The position numbers and the translations under genes are program-made. 61,632 nt of DNA from an uncultured Candidatus Saccharibacteria bacterium (lineage in GTDB: Bacteria; Patescibacteriota; Minisyncoccia; Phycocordibacterales; UBA6065): contig CAZBVG010000004.1 in NCBI GenBank assembly GCA_964495425.1, positions 1-61,632 of the forward strand. The letters are read 5' to 3'. Under the pieces are notes generated by a model that saw only the letters and a list, made by a program, of their open reading frames with translations, did not search any database and was not told the origin of the DNA. Shown here in pieces: positions 28,175 through 37,432 of this stretch. Position 1 is the stretch's first letter; each line of letters starts with the position of its first letter.

Positions 28175-30088
28175 TTAATTCTGAACTACATCGTCGCCTT
28201 CTTTAAATGTTAGGTCGGTTGATGTTCGTGTTGAAAGTGATGGTGCGGTATTTTGAATGGTAACTCCCGTAAATGCATCCACACCCGTAATTTTTGTATT
28301 GGTGACAAGCGATGGAGTTGTTCCAACCTGGTTGATACTTGGTCGAAGCGATACCTGGAACGACACCTGTTTGCCTCCGCTAGCGTCCGTATTTCGCGGC
28401 ACACTACCCACATTCCAGGTTATGGTACCTCCTGTCGAATTGTAGGTTATTTGTGCATCCGAAGGGCTTATAGCATCTGTCCATGATACATATGGAGGAA
28501 GTGAGGCTGTTACCTTCGCACCGGTGATATTATTCGAAGTATTCGTAACTGTCCATACTATCGTGTAGGTTGTCACCTGGTCTGCTCTTGGAGGAATCGG
28601 GCCTGTATTTGATAGACTTCCTTGATTGCGAAGCGCACGAGCTGAAAGCGTAAGATTCGAAACCAGCTTCACAGAACGTGTTACCGCAGAAGTAATCTCC
28701 TGAGGTACGCCGCCGGTATCGACTCGACTGCCCTTTGCCGATACAGTTACGCTCATTTGAGGATTAAGTACAGATTGCCCGGGTGCAGCGTTGCTTGATG
28801 CAAAACTAAAACTTACACGACCGTTTTCTCCCGGAGCTACCGTATCAAGACCAGACGTCCTTCCCGCCTCCCAAATGATTGTGTTATTGAGAGAATCATA
28901 AAATCCTCCATCAACAGTCACCGAGCTTTTATTAAGCACATTTCCTGTTAGCTTGGCTTCGATGCGAGCATTCGTAATCTTGTCAGGACTATTATTTGTC
29001 CAAATAATTTCAGCTCGAATAGGTCGGCCGGGTTCAGCAGCTATATCGCCTCGATTCCCATCAAATGCGACATCAATTCCAAGAAACGGTCGCTCTATGG
29101 TGAATGAATGATCACGAGAAACGATATTGGTTGCAATTTCTCGTTCATTTGAAGCGCTTTGAATTCCAACATTTGCTCGCAATACGCGCTCCTCATCATT
29201 TTGACCTTCAGTTGTTGCTTGAAGCTTTATTGTTCGCTTTGCGCCAGGTGAAAGATCACCGATCTTCCATATGCTGTTTCCATATGACGGTTGTGGGCTC
29301 GCTGACGTTACAGTAAATCCAAATGGATAATCCAAACTAACCAAAAGATCACGCACAGGGACGGTTGTATTTGATGTAACCGTAACTGTAAAATCTGACG
29401 CTTGGCCTCCAAGTACTTTATCGAGTCCATCAATTGTCACAATCACTGGTGAAGATGAGATAGAAACACTGTATTCCTTTTCTTTATAGAATGTTGCGTT
29501 CGAGTTTTCTGTTTGATACTCAACTTTAAATTGAATATTTTTTTGAGCACCCTCTTCACCAAACAGAATCGAAGAAAGTGACTGCTGAGCCACGGATTGA
29601 GACTTAATACTTCCCAACGGGAGCTTCACTCGGGTAAGTTCGATTGACGCATTTGAAGCATCCTTGGTGCCTTCAGGGTACTCAACAATAAGATTTACAT
29701 TCTCGATATTCGTAGCATTACGATTCACTACAGAAACATTGAGTCCAAGCGGTTCTCCACCGGTAATGGATACCGGGCCTTCAATCAGAATGTTTACGTT
29801 GTCTGCGGAAACGAAGTTTTTACCACCGAACAATGTGTATCCACCAATAACCGCAGCGACGATGAAAAAAACAAACGCGCTTATAAAAAGATAACTATAC
29901 GTCTTTCGTACCGTTCTCATCCGTACAGGGTCTTCCATATCTGCTTCCTTTTCATCCTGCCAAGTCTGAGGAACTTCTGTTGCACCTTGATGAATTGTGT
30001 GGCGCATATCTGTAGCCATCTCGCCGGTTCGAGAATAGAGGCTTTTATTCACTCGCTCTAAAGGACTCTTTTTATCTGATTCAAACAT
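28175..30088 (-). CDS. Large membrane-anchored extracytoplasmic protein with repeated Ig/CARDB-like beta domains
   Basis: A cytoplasmic N-terminus, one TM helix (YLFISAFVFFIVAAVIGGYTLF), then about 540 aa of repeated beta-rich modules. Confidence 0.7.
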   Translation of the reverse strand: MFESDKKSPLERVNKSLYSRTGEMATDMRHTIHQGATEVPQTWQDEKEADMEDPVRMRTVRKTYSYLFISAFVFFIVAAVIGGYTLFGGKNFVSADNVNILIEGPVSITGGEPLGLNVSVVNRNATNIENVNLIVEYPEGTKDASNASIELTRVKLPLGSIKSQSVAQQSLSSILFGEEGAQKNIQFKVEYQTENSNATFYKEKEYSVSISSSPVIVTIDGLDKVLGGQASDFTVTVTSNTTVPVRDLLVSLDYPFGFTVTSASPQPSYGNSIWKIGDLSPGAKRTIKLQATTEGQNDEERVLRANVGIQSASNEREIATNIVSRDHSFTIERPFLGIDVAFDGNRGDIAAEPGRPIRAEIIWTNNSPDKITNARIEAKLTGNVLNKSSVTVDGGFYDSLNNTIIWEAGRTSGLDTVAPGENGRVSFSFASSNAAPGQSVLNPQMSVTVSAKGSRVDTGGVPQEITSAVTRSVKLVSNLTLSARALRNQGSLSNTGPIPPRADQVTTYTIVWTVTNTSNNITGAKVTASLPPYVSWTDAISPSDAQITYNSTGGTITWNVGSVPRNTDASGGKQVSFQVSLRPSINQVGTTPSLVTNTKITGVDAFTGVTIQNTAPSLSTRTSTDLTFKEGDDVVQN

Positions 30089-30112
30089 TTCCGCATTATA
30101 CCACGAAGACGC

Positions 30113-30679
30113 CTAGAGCTGAGTCTCCTTCAACGCCTTATTTATCTCCATGATTACCTCCTTTTTCTTGGACTGAATGAGCGGCAGATTGTATACGGAA
30201 AATTCATCCTTAGCTTCCTGCCCCAATATTATGTGCACATCGAGATATCCGAGCGAAGAAAGCACGTGAATAAGCGCAAGTGATTCAAACGCGATCTGCT
30301 CCTCCCTAGTAAGAGCCATGTATTTCTCGTCAAAAAGCGCCAATAAAGCCGAAAAAAGTTTTTCATTCACTTCTTCTCCTTGAACAAGTCTTCGAACCAA
30401 CGAAAGCACACGAGCGCGCATAAGCATGTTTTCTTGAGGTGATTTTTTGTCATGTGCCCCCGTGAGCCTCCACACCTCCCTTCCTTTCACAAGCGAAAAA
30501 GTAGCGAGCGAATATTCTTCGATCGCATAACGAAGTTTTGAAGCAAGAAGTCTCACCCCTTGAGCCTTTGCTTTAATGAGGCCAAAATCCTTGGTGTAAA
30601 TCCAAAAGGTTTTTGAAGCTTCTCCCGAAGGGGTACTTCCGAGTACAAATCCTTCTGTAGTATAGACGGCGTATGACAT
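30113..30679 (-). CDS. recO: DNA repair protein RecO (short form)
   Basis: N-terminal OB-fold pattern TEGFVLGSTPSGEASKTFWIYTKDFGLIKAKAQGVR. Confidence 0.8.
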   Translation of the reverse strand: MSYAVYTTEGFVLGSTPSGEASKTFWIYTKDFGLIKAKAQGVRLLASKLRYAIEEYSLATFSLVKGREVWRLTGAHDKKSPQENMLMRARVLSLVRRLVQGEEVNEKLFSALLALFDEKYMALTREEQIAFESLALIHVLSSLGYLDVHIILGQEAKDEFSVYNLPLIQSKKKEVIMEINKALKETQL

Positions 30680-30765
30680 ACCTAGATTGTAACAAAGAAG
30701 ATCCTTGCGTTTATGGCATATGTAGGTTAAAAAGTGAACAGAGTTTTTTCACATTCAACCTAACT

Positions 30766-31377
30766 ATGAGTATCACTCAAGCAAAAAGAGGCACCTTAAC
30801 TGCTCTTACCGGACCTTTCTGTTGCGGGAAGACAAAAATCGCCGAGCGTCTCGTCGCTACGGGTGAGGTGCGCAAAGTGAGAACCGTCACCACCCGCCCT
30901 CCTCGGACACATGAAATCAATGGTAAGCACTACGATTTCTACGATGATGACACCTTCAGGCGTGCAGCTGATGCAGGAAAATTCCTGGAAACAGCCACCA
31001 TCAACGGCTTTTTCTACGGAACACCCCGTTCCACCATTCTTGATGGACTCGCCCGCGGTCGTCACTTTGTTGTGTGTATCGATCCACAGGGAATCGAATC
31101 GCTTCTGGCGGATAGGAACGAGCTTCTTGGCGAGGCAATGATCACTATTTACCTTGAAGTATCACTTCAAGAAGCAATCGGGCGTTACCTCGACCGCGAT
31201 TCCTCGTTCTCTCGCCTTGAGCTTGAGCGCAGGATGAAAACACGCGAGACCGAAGAAACCATGAAGCACATCTGCCAATACGTCATCCCTAATCCCAACG
31301 GGATGATTGATGAGGTGTTTCAGAAAATTCGATTGAAGATCGCTCGTAGGAAAAAACAGTTGCACACCTTTGTTTGA
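30766..31377 (+). CDS. gmk: Guanylate kinase
   Basis: GPFCCGKT P-loop (GxxxxGKT), TTRPPRTHEINGKHYDF and GFFYGTP. ATG at 30766. Lines inside the gene counted 67% and 55% GC. Confidence 0.85.
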   Translation: MSITQAKRGTLTALTGPFCCGKTKIAERLVATGEVRKVRTVTTRPPRTHEINGKHYDFYDDDTFRRAADAGKFLETATINGFFYGTPRSTILDGLARGRHFVVCIDPQGIESLLADRNELLGEAMITIYLEVSLQEAIGRYLDRDSSFSRLELERRMKTRETEETMKHICQYVIPNPNGMIDEVFQKIRLKIARRKKQLHTFV

Positions 31378-31404
31378 TCCCAATCCCGCATTATGCGGGA
31401 TTTT

Positions 31405-34400
31405 TTATTTCTTAAATGCGATTTTGAAAGTATATTCTTCAATAACAAGCGGTTGTGCGTGCACCATCGTCTGGTGTTCTACACCTGTCACAAGAGTTAC
31501 CCTCTTTATTTCAGAAGCAAACGCTGAAACGAGTTCTTTACCTTTTTCATCAGAATCAAGGAGAAGAACTACTTTATCTGTAACGGTGAGCTTTTCCGTC
31601 TTGCGGAGTTCCTGGATCGAGCGGATGAGATCGCGCACAACTCCCTCCTTCTTAAGTTCATCTGTAACTTTGGTATCTAGCTCTGTATCATTTTCAAGCG
31701 CAGAGGTGACTATAACTGACTTTACATTTACCTCATCTTGAATAAGTTCAATGTACTCAGGACCAAGTTCCTTTGTTTTTACTTTAAGAAGTGCAAGAGG
31801 CTGACGAACTTTGATATTTGCTTTTGCTCGTTCTTGAAGAGCAAGTGTTACAAGGCGCTTTGTCTCCGCCATGTCTGAAATAACCTTTGCGTCATATGTT
31901 GCTGCAGTTGGCCAGTCTGCAAGGTGTACGCTTTCTGGATCTTGTGCTGTTTTAACCTTACAGAAAAGATGCTCCGCATAGAATGGAGTAAATGGAGCCA
32001 TTATTTTCGAAAACTCTCGCAATATGAATCGAGTGGTCTCGAGCGCATTCTTTCGATCCTGTAGATCATCTGACTTAAATCGATCTCGAGAGCGTCGTAG
32101 GTACCATGTCGAAAGATCATCCACAAAACCAAGAAGTGGTCGAGCACCTTTATCAATCTGATACTTTTCAAGTGCACGTGTTACTTCTTCACGTGTTTCA
32201 AGAAGTCGTCCGTAAATCCAGAGGTCTAAAACGTGAGTTGATGTAAATGAAAGATTCTCCTTTGCAGGCGATGTAGCGTACATCTCATAAAACGAGAGAA
32301 CGTTATCGAGTCTTTGCAGGAGTTTCTTTGAGACTTCATCTACTCCCTTCTCTGAGAATCGAACATCCTCAGCCTTTACCGCCGGCGATGAAGCGAGGAA
32401 ATATCGCAATGAATCCGCACCATACTTTTCAACTGTCGGCATAAGAGGCGGATAATTGTTCTTTGACTTCGACATTTTCTGACCGTCTTCGGCGAGCACG
32501 AGTCCGTTTACCACCACATTCTTGTATGGGCTTACACCAAAGAGCCCCACGCCAAGAACAAGGAGTGAGTAGAACCAACCTCGTGTTTGATCGAGTCCTT
32601 CTGCAATGAAGTCAGCAGGAAAACCAACACGTTTTTTGAAAAGTCCTCCCTTTGGATCGAAGTGTGAACGAGCCCTACCTGTGTAAAACGTCTCACCGTA
32701 TGGCATTGCACCTGATTCAAACCAGCAATCAAAAACTTCAGGAACGCGTTCAAGCATTTCTCCATCTGGCGCCACGTATTCCACGTCATCAATATATGGT
32801 CGATGAAGGTCGAGATTGTAATGTGCATTATGAGGTAATGGCACAAAATCAAACGATCGCATTTCTCCCGGATTACGGAAATAGCGTCGCTCATCATGGA
32901 GCACCTTATCAAAGCTTGGTGTGTCCTCAATGCCGTGAATAATGGTATTACATATTGCACCGTGGCTTACGATGAGAATTCTTTTACCAGAATGCTTTGA
33001 ATCAATGTCATACAGAGTATCGAACACGCGCTTTTTGAGTTCATCAGGTGATTCCATTCCAGGACAAAGTCCATGCGTCCTAATACGCCTATCAGTATCA
33101 CTCCAAAGTTTTCCTTCCTGCTCAGGACCAACTTTGAATTCACGCAATAGGACATCGTATTTAATTTCATGTTCTGGAATACCAAGTTCCTGCGCATATA
33201 TTTTTGCAGTTTCCTTTGCACGCACAAAGTCTGACGCGTAAATTGCATCAATACCGTGTTTTGCTAGTCGTTTCGCCTGTGCCAACACCTGACTCCTGCC
33301 CTTTTCAGTAAGGTGATACACAACACTCACATCAGAATTTGAAATGCCACGAACGTTTGTTTCAGATTCTCCGTGTCGAGCAAGTGTGTATTTGTTGCCC
33401 GATCGTTTTACGTATCGCGAAAGTTCTTTAACTGTACCGATTGTATAGATTTTTCCAGACTCCACACCTCGCCACACAGGAATTGGCGCACCCCAGAAAC
33501 GAGAACGTGAAATTGCCCAATCACGTGCACCTTCAAGCCATTTGCCAAAACGTCCATCACGAATGTCTTCGGGTACCCAACCGACTTTCTTGTTTTGCTT
33601 TACAAGATCATCTTTAAAATCGGTAACTCGAACAAACCATGACGACGTAGCATAGTTAAGAAGCGGAGTCTCACATCTCCAACAATGAGGATAAGAGTGA
33701 ATGATCTTCTTTTTCTCCAAAAGAAATCCATTATGAGCAAGCCATTTGATGATTTCGATATCAGTTTTCTGGTGCCCATCTTTTTCTACTGATTTTGGCT
33801 TTGCGTCGTGTCCAGCAAAATCAATCACCTCCTTCTTTATCTTTCCATCCATGCCAACATGTTGAATAAACGGGAGCTTTTCCCTTTCACCGAGCTTCAT
33901 ATCATCTTCACCGAACGCTGGTGCGATATGCACGATACCGGTTCCGTCCGTTGTTGTTACAAATTCCGCGCCATATATCTTGTATCCATTCTCAATATGC
34001 TTGGTTGCGCTATTGTTGTAGTACGGAAAAAGGGGCTTATACTTTTTGCCAATAAGTTCACGACCAAAGACAGTTTTGAGAACCTTGTATTCCGTCCCAA
34101 ATACCGATCCGACAAGCTGCTGTGCCATAACATATGTCTCCCCCTCTACTTTTCCTGACACATAAACATATTCAACATCTGGGTGAACTGCGAGCGCCAC
34201 GTTACCCGGTAAAGTCCAAGGAGTCGTTGTCCATGCAACAAAGTAAGTTTTAGGAGTAGCCGAGTCTTCAAATTTAATATAGACAGAAATATCTGTAATA
34301 TCTTTGTATCCCTGATTTACCTCAAAATTCGAAAGCGATGTCTCACATCGAGGGCAAATCTGCATCGACTTAAAACCTTCGTAAATGAGACCCTTTTCAC

Positions 34401-34899
34401 TGAGTGTCTTGAAGATCCACCAGACAGACTGCGTATAGCCAGCATCCATGGTTCGATAATCATCAACCATGTCGACCCATCGACCTATTCGAGGAATAAT
34501 ATTTCTCCACTCTTTCGTATATCGAAGCACCGCATCTCGAGCAGCTTCGTTGAATTTTCCAACACCGTAATCCAAAATTTCCTTCTTGGTTTTAAGACCA
34601 AGTTCTTTTTCAATAAGGTTCTCGACAGGCAAACCATGACAGTCCCATCCCCAGCGACGCGCAACATGATACCCTTGCATGGTTTTATAGCGAGGAATAA
34701 CGTCTTTAATGGTTGTCGGCAAAAGGTGTCCAAAATGCGGAAGACCGGTTGCAAATGGAGGGCCATCATAAAACACAAATTCCTTACCACCTTTCTTAAG
34801 CGATTTTGCAAAAATATCGTTCTTTTGCCAAAACGAAAGTACCTTGTCTTCTATTTCAACAAGCTTTGTTTTAGGCTTTGTATCTGGGTTTTCAGCCAT
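31405..34899 (-). CDS. ileS: Isoleucyl-tRNA synthetase carrying an internal histidine-phosphatase-like domain (1164 aa)
   Basis: PHFGH (HIGH), the CP1 editing region and KMSKS are present. There is an extra ~200-aa segment (aa ~497-696) with RHGES...SHG motifs. Confidence 0.96.
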   Translation of the reverse strand: MAENPDTKPKTKLVEIEDKVLSFWQKNDIFAKSLKKGGKEFVFYDGPPFATGLPHFGHLLPTTIKDVIPRYKTMQGYHVARRWGWDCHGLPVENLIEKELGLKTKKEILDYGVGKFNEAARDAVLRYTKEWRNIIPRIGRWVDMVDDYRTMDAGYTQSVWWIFKTLSEKGLIYEGFKSMQICPRCETSLSNFEVNQGYKDITDISVYIKFEDSATPKTYFVAWTTTPWTLPGNVALAVHPDVEYVYVSGKVEGETYVMAQQLVGSVFGTEYKVLKTVFGRELIGKKYKPLFPYYNNSATKHIENGYKIYGAEFVTTTDGTGIVHIAPAFGEDDMKLGEREKLPFIQHVGMDGKIKKEVIDFAGHDAKPKSVEKDGHQKTDIEIIKWLAHNGFLLEKKKIIHSYPHCWRCETPLLNYATSSWFVRVTDFKDDLVKQNKKVGWVPEDIRDGRFGKWLEGARDWAISRSRFWGAPIPVWRGVESGKIYTIGTVKELSRYVKRSGNKYTLARHGESETNVRGISNSDVSVVYHLTEKGRSQVLAQAKRLAKHGIDAIYASDFVRAKETAKIYAQELGIPEHEIKYDVLLREFKVGPEQEGKLWSDTDRRIRTHGLCPGMESPDELKKRVFDTLYDIDSKHSGKRILIVSHGAICNTIIHGIEDTPSFDKVLHDERRYFRNPGEMRSFDFVPLPHNAHYNLDLHRPYIDDVEYVAPDGEMLERVPEVFDCWFESGAMPYGETFYTGRARSHFDPKGGLFKKRVGFPADFIAEGLDQTRGWFYSLLVLGVGLFGVSPYKNVVVNGLVLAEDGQKMSKSKNNYPPLMPTVEKYGADSLRYFLASSPAVKAEDVRFSEKGVDEVSKKLLQRLDNVLSFYEMYATSPAKENLSFTSTHVLDLWIYGRLLETREEVTRALEKYQIDKGARPLLGFVDDLSTWYLRRSRDRFKSDDLQDRKNALETTRFILREFSKIMAPFTPFYAEHLFCKVKTAQDPESVHLADWPTAATYDAKVISDMAETKRLVTLALQERAKANIKVRQPLALLKVKTKELGPEYIELIQDEVNVKSVIVTSALENDTELDTKVTDELKKEGVVRDLIRSIQELRKTEKLTVTDKVVLLLDSDEKGKELVSAFASEIKRVTLVTGVEHQTMVHAQPLVIEEYTFKIAFKK

Positions 34900-34932
34900 A
34901 TGTAAGACTACATTAGCAATTTTCCAACCTTT

Positions 34933-36654
34933 TTACATCTTTTCTGGTACACGCATCCCGAGAAGCTTCAGACCGTTCTCAAGAACAATGCGCACCGATT
35001 GTGTAATCGCTACACGAAGCGGCGACTCTGGATCATCCTTTTTCACGATTACAACATTCGCATACCACGCATTAAACATTGATGAAAGTTCAGTGAGATA
35101 AGTCACAACGAGGTGCGGTGCCCGTTCAACCGATGCCCGTGATACGACTTCCGGAAACTTTGCTACGTGACGCATGAGAACACTGGTGTACATCCCCTCT
35201 TTTGAGACTTTAGGCTTGATCTTCTCTTTCTTTGCCTTATCTAAAACAGACTGAGCACGAACCGCTGTGTACAAAAGATATGGACCTGAATCACCTTCAA
35301 ATGAAATTGATTTATCAAAATCATAAATAATGTCACTTGAGGTGACCTGCTTGAGAATGGAGTATTTTATTGCGGCGATTGCAACTATTTCTGCTGTCTG
35401 CGCCTTTTCCTTATCAGTCATTTCACGACTCTGAAGTTTTTCGTGAACAAGTTTTTCAACATCATGTATGAGAGATTCTCCTGTAATCACATTTCCTTTT
35501 CGTGATGACATTTTCCCTTCGGCAAAACGAAGCATACCGTGTGAAATATGCTCGGTTACTTTTGCTGCTTCAGGCTCAAGTATTTCAAGCGCTTTCAAAA
35601 GCACACGGAAGTAATCTGCTTGCTCATTGGCCGTAATGATTATTGATTTATCTGGACGAACCTTCTTCCACTTTTTTGTGTTAAGACCGAGTTCTTTTGT
35701 CTCGTATGTAGGAATACCCTGTGAGTTTATAAATACACGAGTATGGAGTTTCGGATCATACTTTTCTCCTTTAAATACAACCGCCCCATCTGATTTTTCA
35801 AATATCCCTTTCTCGAGATTTTCCTCAACAAGCGCCAAACCATCATGAACAACTTCACTTTCGAGATAGTAGTAATCGAACTTGGTTCCAAGTTTTTTAT
35901 ATATTTCTTCAAAATGTTTAAGGCTCCAGCGACGACCGAGCTTATAGAGCTTCATGAGTTTGCGATCTTTGCCCTCAAAAATCTTCTTGTTAAGCTCCGT
36001 GATCTCTTTTTTTGCTTCTGGGTTATCTTCGTACGCTGCCGATCCTTCGACATAACATGAGCCAATAAACGCAACACGATCCTTGAGCGCAGAGTATCGT
36101 GAAGGCATTTTCTCCTCATTTTTACATATTGCCCACATAGCCTTTGCCACATGAAGACCAAAGTCGCCTTGATAACACATGCGGCGAATCTTTGCGCCTT
36201 GTGATGCAAGAAGTCGTGCAATCGATTCACCGATCGCATTAGACATAAGGTGACCAATATGGAACTCCTTAAATGGATTTGGGTCAGTATACTCAACAAG
36301 CATCTTCTGTCCTCTCCACTCATTCGAAAATCCGTACAAATCCTTTCGCTTGAGAATTGTTTCGAGCTCGTTTACAAAATATGAATTTGAAAGGAAAAAG
36401 TTTATGAAGCCTGGACCCGCCACCTCTATCTTTTCTATATGTTCGATGTTCTGTTTCGAAAGCTCTGCAGCAATTTTATTTCCAAGCTCACGAGGATTAG
36501 CTTTTGCAGCCTTTGCCAAAGAAAGTGCAACATTGGTCGCAAAATCACCATTCGCCACATCAGCTGGATGTTCGAGGTTGATTTCGCCAACAGAAAGACC
36601 CAAAACCTTAAGGGCTTCCTGTATTTTGGCTTTAATTGTCGTCTGGATGTCCAT
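34933..36654 (-). CDS. argS: Arginyl-tRNA synthetase
   Basis: EFHIGHLMSNAIGES (HIGH motif), a class I ArgRS-like body, and a C-terminal DALR-type domain. Confidence 0.96.
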   Translation of the reverse strand: MDIQTTIKAKIQEALKVLGLSVGEINLEHPADVANGDFATNVALSLAKAAKANPRELGNKIAAELSKQNIEHIEKIEVAGPGFINFFLSNSYFVNELETILKRKDLYGFSNEWRGQKMLVEYTDPNPFKEFHIGHLMSNAIGESIARLLASQGAKIRRMCYQGDFGLHVAKAMWAICKNEEKMPSRYSALKDRVAFIGSCYVEGSAAYEDNPEAKKEITELNKKIFEGKDRKLMKLYKLGRRWSLKHFEEIYKKLGTKFDYYYLESEVVHDGLALVEENLEKGIFEKSDGAVVFKGEKYDPKLHTRVFINSQGIPTYETKELGLNTKKWKKVRPDKSIIITANEQADYFRVLLKALEILEPEAAKVTEHISHGMLRFAEGKMSSRKGNVITGESLIHDVEKLVHEKLQSREMTDKEKAQTAEIVAIAAIKYSILKQVTSSDIIYDFDKSISFEGDSGPYLLYTAVRAQSVLDKAKKEKIKPKVSKEGMYTSVLMRHVAKFPEVVSRASVERAPHLVVTYLTELSSMFNAWYANVVIVKKDDPESPLRVAITQSVRIVLENGLKLLGMRVPEKM

Positions 36655-36709
36655 GAGTGGCTAAAATTAGCGTGTTTTCATTGTATCAGCAATAGAAAGG
36701 TAGTATTGC

Positions 36710-36737
36710 TTGACATTAAAATAATATATGGTATCCT
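36710..36737 (+). promoter_or_regulatory. Candidate promoter with an extended -10
   Basis: TTGACA (36710-36715), a 16-nt spacer, then TGgTATCCT (36729-36737). Confidence 0.45.
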
Positions 36738-36743
36738 GATATC

Positions 36744-36960
36744 AGATGACGGTTTCAAGTGACAACAGAAAAAACACTTAAAGGGGTTCACTTGGTCATG
36801 CCGGCACGGGGGAATATGCTCCTTTGTTAAAAAAATCGCTGTTTTTACCAGTTTTCGCTCGTACTCGAGCGCCTCAGCAATTGAAAAAGTCAGGAAAAAC
36901 TGGAAGAGGGCTTAAGACCTCGAAACCGCCACACAACAAAGCATAATGGCGGTTTTCTTT
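36744..36960 (+). ncRNA. Candidate structured small RNA of unknown family (strand uncertain)
   Basis: No ORF longer than 15 codons on either strand. It contains nested helices: ATGAC..CAAGTGA / TCACTTG-GTCAT; CCAGTTTTC...GAAAAACTGG enclosing GCTCG-tact-CGAGC; and a terminal hairpin AAACCGCCA...TGGCGGTTT plus a T-run. Confidence 0.3.
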
Positions 36961-36963
36961 TAT

Positions 36964-37398
36964 CTATTTTCCTGTAGATCCAAAACCTCTCTCACCTCGT
37001 GCGGACATCGAGAGCTCACCATCTTTCACTTCCTTAAAGTTTACCTCTTCATATTTGTGAATAATCATCTGGGCAACCTTGTGGCCAGGTTCAAATGTAT
37101 AGGTTTCTTTACTCAAGTTCATAACCCCTACACGCACCTCCCCACGATATCCTGAATCTACTACGTTTCCATACGTAATAATGCCGTGTTTGAATGAAAG
37201 TCCGCTCTTTTCATAAATAATTCCCACGCAGCCCTTTGGAATCTCCATCTTGTACCCAGTATTGATCGATGCTCGTTCCATGGGCGCAAGCGTAACTTTC
37301 TCACCTACATAGAGATCAAAACCAGCGTCGCCCGGCATAGCAAACTTTGGCACAGGTACATTTTCGTGAAGCCTCACAATCTTGAGTGTCTTTTTCAT
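36964..37398 (-). CDS. dut: dUTP diphosphatase
   Basis: AMPGDAGFDLY and GYRGEVRVGV motifs. I prefer the start MKKTLKIV at 37398. Confidence 0.93.
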   Translation of the reverse strand: MKKTLKIVRLHENVPVPKFAMPGDAGFDLYVGEKVTLAPMERASINTGYKMEIPKGCVGIIYEKSGLSFKHGIITYGNVVDSGYRGEVRVGVMNLSKETYTFEPGHKVAQMIIHKYEEVNFKEVKDGELSMSARGERGFGSTGK

Positions 37399-37432
37399 AA
37401 AATCACTATAACAAGTAGAAAAAAGACCGCAA

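Noticed and set aside
32809-33411. The IleRS insertion as an intein or a mobile intron-encoded protein.
   Set aside because: - There is no Cys/Ser/Thr nucleophile at the N-junction and no His-Asn-Cys/Ser/Thr at the C-junction.
- There are no LAGLIDADG or HNH motifs.
- The segment has a complete histidine-phosphatase motif set instead.
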